Shown: piece after piece, positions 40,201 through 53,170 of the stretch
Numbering within the stretch: position 1 is the stretch's first letter
Layout: each line of letters starts with the position of its first letter
Source: Oculina patagonica
Taxonomy: Eukaryota
Direction of reading: 5' to 3'
NCBI RefSeq assembly: GCF_052425735.1
Contig: NC_135763.1
Span: forward strand, 28,706,001-28,770,000
Length of the DNA stretch: 64,000 nucleotides
The notes under the pieces: generated by a model
Database searches by the model: none
What the model saw: the letters and a program-made list of their open reading frames with translations, nothing else
What the model was told of the DNA's origin: nothing
Program-made: the position numbers and the translations under genes

Positions 40201-43200
40201 ACAAATGTCCCCCCAAACGACCAAGGATCTAATCGTCCTGACGGCGATAAGAGCTTTAAGGCTTTTTCTTTGGCGGAGACGCAACAAAATAACCAGCCAT
40301 CAGAAGAAAACTACTGGCGCCTCGATTGCGAATATATGTTAACCATGTATTTGCCTGACAACTCGTCACAGTGGTTTGACATTCACGATCAGGTAGAAAA
40401 ACGTATTAGAGCAATCAACTCTGAGAAGAGCGATAAAAGGTGGATTTTCATTCCATCTTTCCGCCGTGCACAGATTGCACTGTTAGATTGGCCCGAAGAT
40501 GAATTTGTGACCCCAGACTCCACCCTCAGAATACTGGTAGTAAGACCTTCAGAATTTGAAGAGTATGTGAATTACTGTGGACACATGTTCCCTGTTATCA
40601 GCCTCCCACAAGATGAAATCGGCGCAGGGTATCCCAGACTCTGGATCCAGAAAATTGCTCTACGTTTGAAGTTAGATTTCATCTGGATGATTGATGACAG
40701 TGTTGAGTGCTTCTACGAGTATCATCCCAAGATGGCTCCACCTGAACGCGATGATGGCACAAAGAACTACACTGACTACAGACGTCGAAGATTTGGACTG
40801 GTGTTCGAACGGATTGAAAAGTTTGTCAAGGAGACAAAAGATGAAAACCTGCCTATCACAGCCATGAGCGAAAAGTTGGTCAAGGAGACAAAAGATAAAA
40901 ATCCGCCTATCGCAGCCATGAGCCCAAAGCGATTTATGGGCGGAACTAAACTGGAAGAGCCATTTGTTTGCAAACCTCCACGAATTGCTGTGTTTCTCAA
41001 CATAGCGGCACTGAAATCAAAGGAGGTATACTATCGACCTGAACTTCAAGCACTAGAGGACATGATCTTCGGATATGAATGCGAAAAAAATGGTCTTAAA
41101 GTTTTTATTGACAACCGCGTCCATCTGCAGGACAAAAAATGGACAGATACTGGAGCTAGGAGTCCTTCTGTCCAGCAAAAGCAAGCTTAGCTGGCAGCCT
41201 TACGTGAACAACTTTATTTGGGTTTTAAAAACTGGACATGAAACTTAAAAACTGTATAAAAATAAATACATTTTAGATACAATATAACTGTCGATGACAT
41301 ACCCCCCCCCCCCCCCCCCAAACAAAGGGTACTGCACTTATGAGCAGGTCTTAATAGGATCAGTGCAGCTGGTAATTGGTGAAATCAGTAAGCTGTTCTC
41401 TCAATAATAGTCCATTGTGCATAAGATTTAATTGGATACTGGCTATAAACCACTAGTCTGGTGGCAGTTGCCACGCCCCCCCCCCCCCCCCCACTCGCTA
41501 CCCCTCCCGTAACACAGTTCTGTGTATTGAGCGGAGACTGGGGTTTTGTGAACATTATTTTACTAGTAACCAGTTATAAGATATGTGGGTATAATTCACC
41601 CTGGTGAAAAGCCCAACCAAAAACCCTTATGAATGTAAATAAGTCCAGGGCTTAAAACAGGGATTTTATAGCATAGATGTTACAAAACATCTGTTTTTGA
41701 AGTCTGGTGCCTTACATCCTTTAAGATTGCCATTGATTGCTTATTTGTTAAAAAACTGACTAAAATAGCCATTTTGGGGATCTGTAAATATTGTGGTATT
41801 TTTACTGTACAAGAGAAGCATCCCAGTGATAAGGCCTTGAACAGTTTTAAAAAGACTGTTAGTCTGTGTCTTGCAGTGTTTGCAACTTATATGACTGGAT
41901 TGCACCAAAATTTTCAAAGAGCTAAATTCATTTCTCTAAAGAATTTTAATTTTAAGTAATTGTATAAATTAGGGCTTGTAACACTGTAATTGTACATTAA
42001 TTTTAGGGCTTGTACGGTAACTTGTAGTATCGGTACAGGTTTAGGTAATCTTAAATTGATGTGCATTTGAGCATATTCACATGGAATTTGCGCACTACTG
42101 AAAGAAGTGGTTTAGTGCATAGAAACTAAAGATCCTGGCTCATAGCCATAAAAGAATTCAAATAGGTTTTGGATTTACCTTTTCAAAGCGCTTAATGTTC
42201 CACCATTCATATGCTGTTATCCAAAATTGTTTCACCTTAGGACACTCGTAAAACATGTGTTCTAGTGTCTCATGGGCATAATTATTGCACAACTCACATT
42301 ATTGTGAGGTTTTAATGTTCATTATAAATAGTGAAATGTAACTTTGCAAGTATTAAGAATAAAATACTAAAAAAATAATTCTTACACACAATTGACTCAT
42401 TCTATCAGTGAAAAATAATATACAGTTGAATCCCGATAACTCGAACCCTCAGTAACTCGAACTCCCGCTAACTCGAACCTTTTTTGATTCCCCTTCAGGT
42501 CATTTTCTTACTAATTTTACCTTCGATAACTCGAACTCCCGTTATCTCGAACCTTTCTCGATTTCCCTTGAAGGTTCGAGTTATCGGGAGTCGACTCTAC
42601 ATGTATTAGTTATTTAATTACCTATTCCCAGGTGGAAGTGGTGGCCTGGATGCCACCCCAGGTGTTAGGGGCATTCCTGGGTGACCACCTTCCGATATAT
42701 TGCCGACAGAACTGAACATCCCTCCTGCTGTATCAAAGGGACTTGGAGAGGGTAGGCCAGGGGATGTAGGCACAGTCAGCATCTGGGATCCTTGAGTCGA
42801 GGAACGAATACTGCTTCCTCTTCTACGCTGCTGTGTGAACAGGAACTTCAATGTTCCACCAGACTTGGGTGCCTAGAACATAAAGCACTTTTATTTAGGT
42901 CTCACAATCATTAAACTGGCTGATACTTTGATGGATCATTTCTTTATTTTTATTTTTTAATTGAAATGCAACAATACATACAGAAAAAAATAACAATTAC
43001 AGTACAACAGCAATAGTACACGGTTAACACTACTTACAGTACTTAAACTACTAACAATCTTTAACAATACCTAAACACAGCTTACAAAACACTACTTAAG
43101 CTACTAGCAATTACAATAACACCACAGGGCAAAGAAGAGAAGAAGGGAAATTAACATTACAGGTAGAGACAATGTACTTTTGATTGTCAAAGTAAGACAA

Positions 43201-46200
43201 AAGCATGTAGTACACTTAAGATATTTAAAAAACAGTAATCTATGTTCCTACCATGAGATTAGAAGTATAAAGTTAAGTAAGAAAAAACAACACGGACATA
43301 ACGATGTATCCCGCAAGAGGTTTGCATTTCATTACTGTTTATTTACAGAAGGGGAACTCAGAGCCACCTTAAATTTTCCATTTTAGTTAAGGTGGTTCTG
43401 AACACCTTCAGTATTGTTTCTGTATCTGCTATATGTTATTATGCTTATGGCAATTTGGTAAAAAAAAAATGAGATCACCAAGCTGGTTTTTGAGTTATAA
43501 GCAATTGAAGCTAAAATTGTCAGTAAGAGTGTTTTGAACCTGTTAGACTAACGGTAACCTGTTGTGCCAGTAAATGACTATAACTTGTTCATTAAGGATT
43601 GGGTATAACTATTGTAGAATTGATCCATATAACTGCTAGAAATCATTACTATGTAGCCAGCTTAAGTGCTTCTGTGTTCCTGCAACTAAAATAAATAATT
43701 CTGGTTCCTAAAGTTAAATTGTTTAACATCATATACTGGTAAGTGGATAATTAATAACAAAACAAAACCTTCTTTCCAGAGTGCTGCGGAAGTTTCTTAG
43801 TGTAGACAAGTCTGTCACTGGGGAAACCTTGAGAGCCTCCAGCAAATTCTAGTGTTGTTTCTCTCTCATCATGGGTTCCACCCTCAAATGGCAGCCACAT
43901 TGCCCACCGCAATGTTACAGTTTGGTTCTGAGACCTCATCAGACTACCAGATAAGGATGGCTTAAAATAATAATAAAAAAATTACCACATCAGTAAATGG
44001 CTAAGAATCCTAAATTCATGTCAGTAGTACATACGGGCAGTGACTAAAATTAACCAATCAGATTGCTTCATTGCTGGTCCAATATTTTCTTAGTACTAGT
44101 CTAGATCGAATTATCCCACATGGCTAGTGACAAAAAACACCAACTATGTACAATCTTGACAGAAACAGACCTTTTTACGCTTTGTCTCAATCAATGGCTG
44201 AGCAAATGGTTCAGACAAAAAATCAACTGCTCCAACCCAAAGCCAGCAGAAATGGATGAATGATTGTAACATCACAAAATATTAATGCTGAAGATATTAA
44301 ATGGCAAGAGACGTACCAGCTAGCTTCGAAGTGCACAAAAAGCACCAGCCTGAAAGAGTTTCAATTTAAATTTTTGCACCGAAGAATATCAACAAACGAT
44401 TTCTTGTATAAAATAGGAATTAAAGATGACTCTAAGTGCTCCCTCTGCCGTGAGGTGCCAGAAACATTAATTCATATTTTCTGGAAATGCCCTACAACGG
44501 AATCCTTCTGGGCCGATGTGACGGCTGACGCAGTGCAAAATTAATCCAAACAACAATTCATTGGAGTGTACTGATGCTATAATTTAAAACCAGATTCATC
44601 TCAATACTACAATCAAATCAATTGTTGACAGACATTTTATTTGCCATACAAAGGAAACTATCCCCCACATAGATGGTTTTCGGCGATATCTTAAACTTGC
44701 ATATGAAACAGAACAGATAACCAAAACCACTACTCCGAAGAAATGGGAACTTTTGAACAATTTCATTTAAAAAGGTCAAATAACCACAAAAAACTTGTGT
44801 ATCCCCTGACATTCCACTTTCTACCCCCACTTGCCTTGGCAATGCCACCAACAGCCCTGCATTTTTCTGCCACCATATTGATTTTGTCCTTTATTTTCCT
44901 GCTCCTTTATCATTTTTGTGCTTATTATTTTCTTATGGCTAAGTAGTGTAGAGATTTGTAATACATCGTTTCATTTTGTTTCATTTAATTATTACCTTGT
45001 AAATTTTTTCCTTCCTTGTTTGTATTGTATTGTTGTAAGCATTGTTGTGAGCATTAATAAAAAAAAAATAAAAACACCAACTATGTACAATCTTGACAGA
45101 AACAGACCTTTTTACGCTTTGTCTCAATCAATGGCTGAGCAAATGGTTCAGACATAACATACTCCAGTTCAAAGATAATAGCAAAGAGTGGATGATGAAC
45201 AAGTTCCTTCAGCTCCAGTCGACTTCGAAGGACCAAAGAAAGGATTTTGCCTTAAAAAAAGAAAAACAAACAAACCTTATTTCACAGCTAAATCATTTTG
45301 ACCTGAAATAAATTTTAAAATACAACACATACAGGTGCAATGATTTATTAAATGTACTTTGAAAGATAACAAGGGTGAAACTTGTCTGATTCATAGTTGA
45401 AAAACAAGTGTACCCCAAACACAGATACAACTACTGGTAGTTAAACATACAGTATTGATGTTTGAGGGGAGATGGGAACAGGTCTGGAGAACTTGAAGAA
45501 AACCCTCAGAAGGAGGCTAGAAAACCAACAACAAAATTCAACCCTTTGGGAGACAAGCATTTAATACCTTTAGAACCACATGTCAATCCCTGCCCCCCAT
45601 CACAGGAACATAGATTCCTTCATTTGGTAGTTGCCCTCAGGGTAACATTTCTCAGGACTGGTACATTTGTCTGCTTAAGAGTTTTTAAACTATTTAACAC
45701 AGGTTCAGTCTGCAAACTCTATCCAGGGCAACAGGTTGGTGTAAGAGAGTTTGCTTGGAATGTACCTCTTAAAGATGATTGTGATGCAGGTGACTTTCTT
45801 CCTGATTTCCCCCCTTCATATTCTGGTTCAAGATAAACTATGTGAGGCTCACTGACAAACTTCCAGCCATTATGCACTGAAACCTGTTCAATTACGCAAA
45901 CAAAAAACAGCATAAATTATGGAGAACTATATTAAAACGAAAAAAAAAATTAAACTAAATTAAACCAACCTTAAGTCTCCTCTCTACAATTGAGATCTGA
46001 AGCCCATCATCAGGAATGATATTGTTCTAATAAAAGAAAAGGATTTAAAAAGCAAAGTATTAATAAAATGACAGCTTACGCAATGTACATGCAAAATTGA
46101 CAACATTTATTTACGGTAATTTTATTGTTTTGATAATACCTTATGAAGCCTGTCATGGTTGAGTATTTGTCGCAATTCATCCTCAAACTCCTCAACTGAT

Positions 46201-49200
46201 GGATACAGCATAATACTCAACTGTGAATAGAAATGTGTACAGTAGAATGACGTTAAGTAACATTTCATTAACAAACATGACTGCAAAATTGAAAATATTT
46301 GTCCAAAGATTGCCTTGTACACTGTATGTACAATTCAAAATAGCTAGACAAGTATGTAGTGGTTTTGGAGTTGGAGCCTGAAAAACGTTCAGGTCCCAAC
46401 AGGGTTTAAAAATAAAAACCCATGGCATGTGCGATATTGCTGCAGATGCTTTTACTACTTAGCAACAGTATGTATAAACCCACCAAGAACTGGTCAAAAT
46501 TTGCAATTTGACTGTGTTATTTACCCATTAAGTGATAAATATGTATAAAAAATCATCACAAAATATGTATTATTAATTTTGTGTTCACTGCAGTGGAAAA
46601 AAAGATTACGGAGGATGAAATTTTTGTGGTTAATAGAAATATTATTTGATATATTTGTCTTCCAAGGAAAAACCTGTCATATAACGAAAATATTACAAAA
46701 CAGTATGGGCTACAAAAAAGCAAAATAAGACAAAATAAAGGATGTCAATTGCTACCTTGTTTATAAAACTTGGAGTTGTCTTGGCTAACCTGGGTTTCTT
46801 TAAAATGTCAACTATTCCAGAGCCTAGTGGAGTAATAATTAACAAAAGAGTTCAGGACATGGTTGAAACACTCACTACCACAATTAAATAATATTTTAAC
46901 ATCACCTTTTGCAATTGTGTTTAACATTTTTCATTGGAAGGGCTCGAGACTTACTTTTTTGCTTGCTAGCCTATTGGCTAGTGACAGCTTTGATTTCACT
47001 AGCCAAAACCAATTCTCTACCAGCCAGAATTCTCAAGCTAACTAAGGTTTGCATGCATGGGCAGAGGCACTTTTCTGTCTTCACTGGCTCTGTTATCATT
47101 ATCTTTAGGGTTAATGTTAGGTTTTTGGTAATTTCGACTTGCCCATAGGCTTTCATCATTTTATATATGACGACAGTGTATTTGTGAGTTCTGTTCTTTA
47201 GGATTCGATTTTGAAGTATGGTTTTCTTCGAATCAAATTTATGAAACTTTAACTTGTCATTTTGGATAGTGAAAGCTCAGAACCTACTAGCTAAAACTGC
47301 ATTTCTACTAGCCTGTGGCTAGTTGGCTACCGTTAATCTCGAGTCCTTATTGGAATAATAAAATGTTGAATTACCATCAGGCTGTGGTTCCAATATTCCT
47401 GGCACAAAGTCATCTCCACTCATGACGGCATTTTCAGGAATGAGATGAAACACCTTCTCCAGCGGCGGATGGATTTGAAGAACAAAACTCAAGCTACATA
47501 CCTCTATTGGAAGCAAACTGGGTGATTCTATTTAATAGACAAGAAAAACAAGCCACACAAAATCTAAATCAAAACTGTTATTAGATTTTATGTGCACCCA
47601 TATTTTAATATTAAGCATCCTCTTCATTAAATTGCCTCCCAGTCAATATTCCAACGAGAACCACTATTCTAGAGAATGTTTTCCCTCTTAATATAATCTA
47701 TTGTCAGGAAGTTAGTTTTTTTTTAAATACCTGCTCTCTTTTAAGCCAACCCTCCCCCCTCACCCTCCCCTCCCCCCCAGATGGCAGATTGCAACAATGT
47801 TTTACACTTTTACACTTTTAAAGGTATTAATTTATGTTGTGGTTCAATTTTATTGTTGGATCAAATTTTACTTTCCTTTGCTTTAACTCATTATCATATT
47901 GGAATTGATGTTCTTTTTTGTAATTGCAATAAAAAAATAAAAATAAAAAAAATAAAAAATATATATGTTGCAGTTAATTTTTGATCTCAGTTAATTTTTT
48001 ATTTTAACTGGTTAGTTTTTTTCTAACTAGTTTTTTTTTTTATTCTAGGTTAATAATTATTAGAGACCTTACGGAAAGACAACTGGAACGGCGACGCCAA
48101 CGTGAACTTGGCCTTGAAGAGCACTGAGCATGCGTACAACCATCAATCACATTTATATGACGTTCTGGGTTGCCGGGCCCGACGCCAAACTCATGCTTTT
48201 GCCGTCGTCGGAGAACGCGAAGCTTTAGCGTGAAAGATTTCGCACAAAATGGCCAGGTAATAAGCCTATACTTCTAAAATGAATCACTTTCTTGTAACAA
48301 CTAACAGTAAGGTTTGTCTAAATTGTGTTTCCGTGTTTACGTTTAATGTAATAATTCAATTTCCACTGTTTCTTAAAACATAGCTCTGAGAAGTCACCCA
48401 TGAAGTGGACAGCAGACCACGACAGTGTCTTTGTAAGAGAAATAATTGCATTCACACCATGGATAAAAAAACACGGGTCAGCTGAAAGAGGGGAAATTTG
48501 GGGAAGAATTGCCGACTCTCTCAACTCGTTTGAATCACCACAATTCCGAGTAACACAACGTTCTGTGCGCGACCATTACACGCTGTTGGAAAGAAAACAT
48601 AAAAAGAAAGTCCAAGAAGAAGAACGAGCGAGTGGAATATGCCCAGAAGAATCCCAACTCGACAGAGCTCTTGAGGATATTATCAGTCAGTTTAAAGAGG
48701 CTGACGTGGAACATGATCGCATTTCTGGAGAGAAAAAAGCAAAGCAAGAGGCCGAGGTAAGCAAGGCTGAAGAAATGCGCAAGATGGCTTTGGAGACGTT
48801 TAAAGAAACACAGAAGAGAAAGGAAAGCGGCGATGAGCAGACTACCCCGCGAAAGAAGAAAAGAGCAAGTGGCTCAGATGCCATCGGTTTTTTGAAAGAA
48901 AAAACGGAAATGGAAGTAAAGTTGAAAGCAGAAGAAATGGAGTTAAAGCGAAAAGAATTTGAAAGCAGAAAGCAAGAGCAGAAGGAGAAAGAAGTGCAAA
49001 TGATGCAAATGCAGCAAATGCAGCAACAACAGCTCCAACTCCTACTAAAACAACAGGAGCAACAGTCAGCGATGATGATGGCTCTAATGGAAAAGTTCTT
49101 AAATAAGCCGTAATTAAGTAAACTGGATGTAAACTTTGGTTGTTGGTAAACTTGCTTAGAACTGTTTAAGCAAATGAACTTCATATATTCATTTCATTGC

Positions 49201-49723
49201 TTAAAACTGTTTTTTACCATTCATCCACATCATTTGTAAGGCTTTGACTTTCAACGGTTTTAGAGTTTGAACTAAGTTCATAGTCACGCTTAAATTATTA
49301 TCGTTTTTTGATATATTCCTGAGTAAGTTTCACAAATATTTATTGAAATGTAAAAAAATTCCAAGCTCAAGCAAAAGTTTGAGCATGATTTATTGCGGTA
49401 GACACATAATGTTTAACTGTTGTTTACACAACGAATTTATTTCAATGCTTGGCAGGAGATAGTATTGTCAGTTACTTTTTTTCTTGTCAAAGACACATAT
49501 TGTTAGAAAAGTTGAAGTGACAGATTGTTACCAGTATTTATGTTGCTGAGGTGGTTGCATACAATACAGGTGTGTTTTGGCTTGTTTTGAATAAAATTAA
49601 AAGTACTGATAATCTGACTCTGTGTAAATGGAAAATTGTCTAAAGGAAAATAATGACATAAAATACAAGAACCACTGCCTAGCTCAGCATGACCAGGCAT
49701 TATAGGTTAAAAAAAATAGAGGG

Positions 49724-49787
<64 letters not shown>

Positions 49788-52700
49788 GAAGGAGGGGTTT
49801 AGGGAAGGGGGGGGGGCAAAGTGTGTTGGGAGTGGTAATTAATTATTTTGGCAGAGTGAATCCCCTTTACTGATTTCCAAATAAAGACCTGTTTCAATTT
49901 TTTAGGTGGGATAAATTTTTATGTAATAGGGGTTTTTAAAAATGAATAAATTTGAGCCTACATTAATAGGTTCTTATATGCAGGTTTTTTACTCTACTAC
50001 AAATTTTGAGCACTTAGTAAAAAAAACCGAAGTGACTTTTTGTTGCCTTTTATTTTCCACTCAGGATCACATCAATCCTGACATACAGACTGCATGCCAC
50101 TTATTTGATTTCTTCCTCTTTTTAAAGATGAAGAAATCAAATAAAGTTAAAAGCATTTACCTAGACTAACCAACTTTGCCTAGCAACTGAAAAAAAAGCA
50201 TTGTTTTAAATAAGCATATGCTTATAAATCCTTTTTTAGGAACATATGAAATAAAGCGTAAATTGATTGGCTTGAGTTGCTGGGGGGATAGGTGCCCATA
50301 AATATGAGCAGTCTCTTCAAATTATAGGTTGTCACCTACATAAAAGCATTTCAAAGCTTCTTTTTTTAGTTTTTGAAACTAAATGTGAATTACAACAAAT
50401 AACATACATTTGAATTGTGGGTGAGAGATTCAAGTGAAGAACAACAATCAGTTATTTATTCAACTTCAAAGAAAGCCCCAAAAAATTCAGGCTTCAACCC
50501 AATTTGAACTCATTATCCCTGCGATACCAGTGCAGCATTCTACAAAGAAAGCTATGAAGCCAACTGAGAGCTTGTTATTTTGTGAGTTAAAATATAGCCA
50601 CAGAGGATGAATAAATGAATGAGAAATATCATATATTTATATATCATATATTTGAACTGTAAGTTGACAATTTCAATTTTTTGACACATGGCTTTTGTTT
50701 CTGCTAAATAACAATCTTAATGGCAAAAACTTAACACTGGGACATAGTTAATTTATACATCAAAATATCCCATTTAATGAATTTTATCTCATTCAAATAT
50801 TATTCTATCATACTGTAACAAAGAATATGATAACAGCCTCCTGCTGAGTCAAGGAAACTGCACATTCAAAACTAAAACAACTTATCAGTAATTATTCACA
50901 GCCAGGCAGGGGGATGGAGTGCAGTTGACCTTAAGATACCATTAGGACCTTTCACCTTTATACTTATTGCTCATTACACTGCCTCCCTTACCCTAATTAA
51001 AAAATTCTGGCTGTGGTCCTGTAAAACACTGGGCATAAAAAGCCCTTCCATAATCCTTAATAATGTGAACCTTTCAGCAAAAATCTGAAAACTACTGTTT
51101 TTTTGTTAGCACAAAGTGCACAGTGCTTTAAAAAATCTCATCAAGTATACATGTAACAAGAAAGCTTCGACTAAACTTTTCACTTTTGACAAAGTAAGTT
51201 TTTCCTTAATGTGTTGTTACAGAAAAATATCCATACCCCTCCCACAGAAGGTTTTTGGTTTGAATCCCCCACCCCTCGAGAAATTCCAGTTATGCCTTAT
51301 ACTTTCCTTTACATTTTAAAATTTTGGCCTTTAAACCCCCATCCCCACCCCCTCAGAATTTCTAATGATCCTGCATGGGGTGGACATGGACATTTTTTGA
51401 ATCTACACAATGCCACATGTGAGTTTTATGGTTTTTTTTTTTGGTTAAGTTTCCACTATCAGACAAAAGTTCAAACATTAACCAACATACACAAAATTCG
51501 GACATAAGGTTTCCGTCTACTGGCTAAATAAAATACTCCTCTAGAGTAGGTGGATCAACATTGAAGTACTCCGATGTTGTTGATCCATATAAGCATGAAT
51601 GTGCATTCTGAATTAGGGCACAAGAAAGGTACATCTTACCAACAGCACTTAAACCTATTTTTAAATTCTTTTTAAAATCCAAGAATTTAAAATAGTTCAC
51701 TATGTCTCCGAAGAGCCACTCAACCGATACCCTTACTTGACTCATTGATTCATTCCATGCCAATTGATCAGGTGTAAGTCTTGCACCTTTAAAAGGAGCT
51801 TGTAACTGTGGTCGTAGTGGGTAAGCTGGATCCCCATAGACACACAAAATGTCCCCATTGGGATTAAAAGAGTGTTGTTGCAACTGTGTTAACAGCCCAG
51901 ACATCATGAGCATAGAACTGTCATGTCTTTTACCTTCAACAGGTCCATATAAGTTGGCAATTAGCCCGTTGGGTGCTGCAACTGACTGGAACTTAATGGA
52001 ATGAACTTTTTTGTGGCCGTTATATAAAACACGTTGATTTTTTCCTGGCCTGGAAACGGCCCTGACTGTCCCATCTACAAAACCCCAGCAATTGCGAAGA
52101 CCAGCACCTTTTTCATGTATTGCATTGGTAAACAACTCCAAATTTGCACGAGAAAGCCATGGTTGGTTTAAAGTTGAAAGTAGGTAATTCCATCTTGAAT
52201 GAATGAAGTTCATTACCTCGTTTGTTGCCATACACAGCTGTGGTATCGGCCTAGCAAATAAAGGCACCATATCAGCATAACGACATGGATATGCAAAGCG
52301 CTTTAGGAACATACAAAATGCCTCCACTTTGTCAACTATCACACCATTATAGCACTTAAATTGTTCGGGTAGTTCCAAGACTTCTGTTAAATTGTAAATG
52401 TCATTTCTGTAAAATCTGAAGTGGGTCTGGCATTCATCATCACAAAGTTCATCAAGATCAAAGTCATCGAAGCTCCAGTAAGGTAGCTGAGGATTCTTTG
52501 GTCGGTTCAAATCATACAGAAGCACAAATTCAATATCATCCAAAGGCTTACAATCATAAGCTAACACAAGAACATCTCTAATGTTGGGCATTTTAGTTGA
52601 GCCGATACCGTAAAGTCGAGAACGACAACCGCAAGCTCTCTCCCCAGTCCTTCGGCGTCGGCGTCGCCGTCCCAGTTGTCTTTCCGTAAGGTCGTTATTA

Positions 52701-53041
52701 GAAAAAGTAGAACACCTCCCCTCCCTTGATATCTTATACCACCCCCCCCATCCTTACTAACCCTCCCCTACTATCTGCTCTTATCCCCCTCCCCTAAGTA
52801 CTATCATTTATTTATTTTTCTTTTTTACTAACCTGCACTAGATTTGAACTCTCAACCTCTGGATTTGCTGTCCAACCCCTTATCCACTGTGCCACGTAGG
52901 AAACGTTGGGTGAACCACTATTTTTTAAAATATATGATACCCTAACCCTAACCACATTATTTAACTAGTTAAAAAAAATAAACTTGTTAGAAAAAACTAA
53001 CTAGTTAAAATAAAAAATTAACTGAGATCAAAAATTAACTG

Positions 53042-53073
<32 letters not shown>

Positions 53074-53137
53074 GGGTTATTGACCAAGCTTGTTCGGTCA
53101 AGATGGCAGGATATTGGCCTCGTTCTTTTTTTGCGTG

Positions 53138-53170
<33 letters not shown>

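Larger units (their letters stand above)
48062..52696. mobile_element. Autonomous PIF/Harbinger-superfamily (PHIS) DNA transposon with two convergent ORFs
   Basis: ~40-bp imperfect TIRs (AGAGACCTTACGGAAAGACAACTGGAACGGCGACGCC / GGCGTCGCCGTCCCAGTTGTCTTTCCGTAAGGTCGTT). 3-bp TSD ATT at 48059-48061 and 52697-52699. Contains a transposase and a Myb/SANT-like ORF. Confidence 0.92.
47966..53046. mobile_element. TA-flanked MITE (TGTTGCAGTTAATTTTTGATCTCAG TIR) that hosts the Harbinger insertion
   Basis: TIR at 47966 mirrored at 53022-53046; flanked by TA repeats. Confidence 0.8.

Noticed and set aside
45450-45500. Possible extra NPHP4 micro-exon
   Set aside because: Exons 45766-45883 and 45108-45250 already join in phase 1, and the segment looks like a decayed interspersed repeat.
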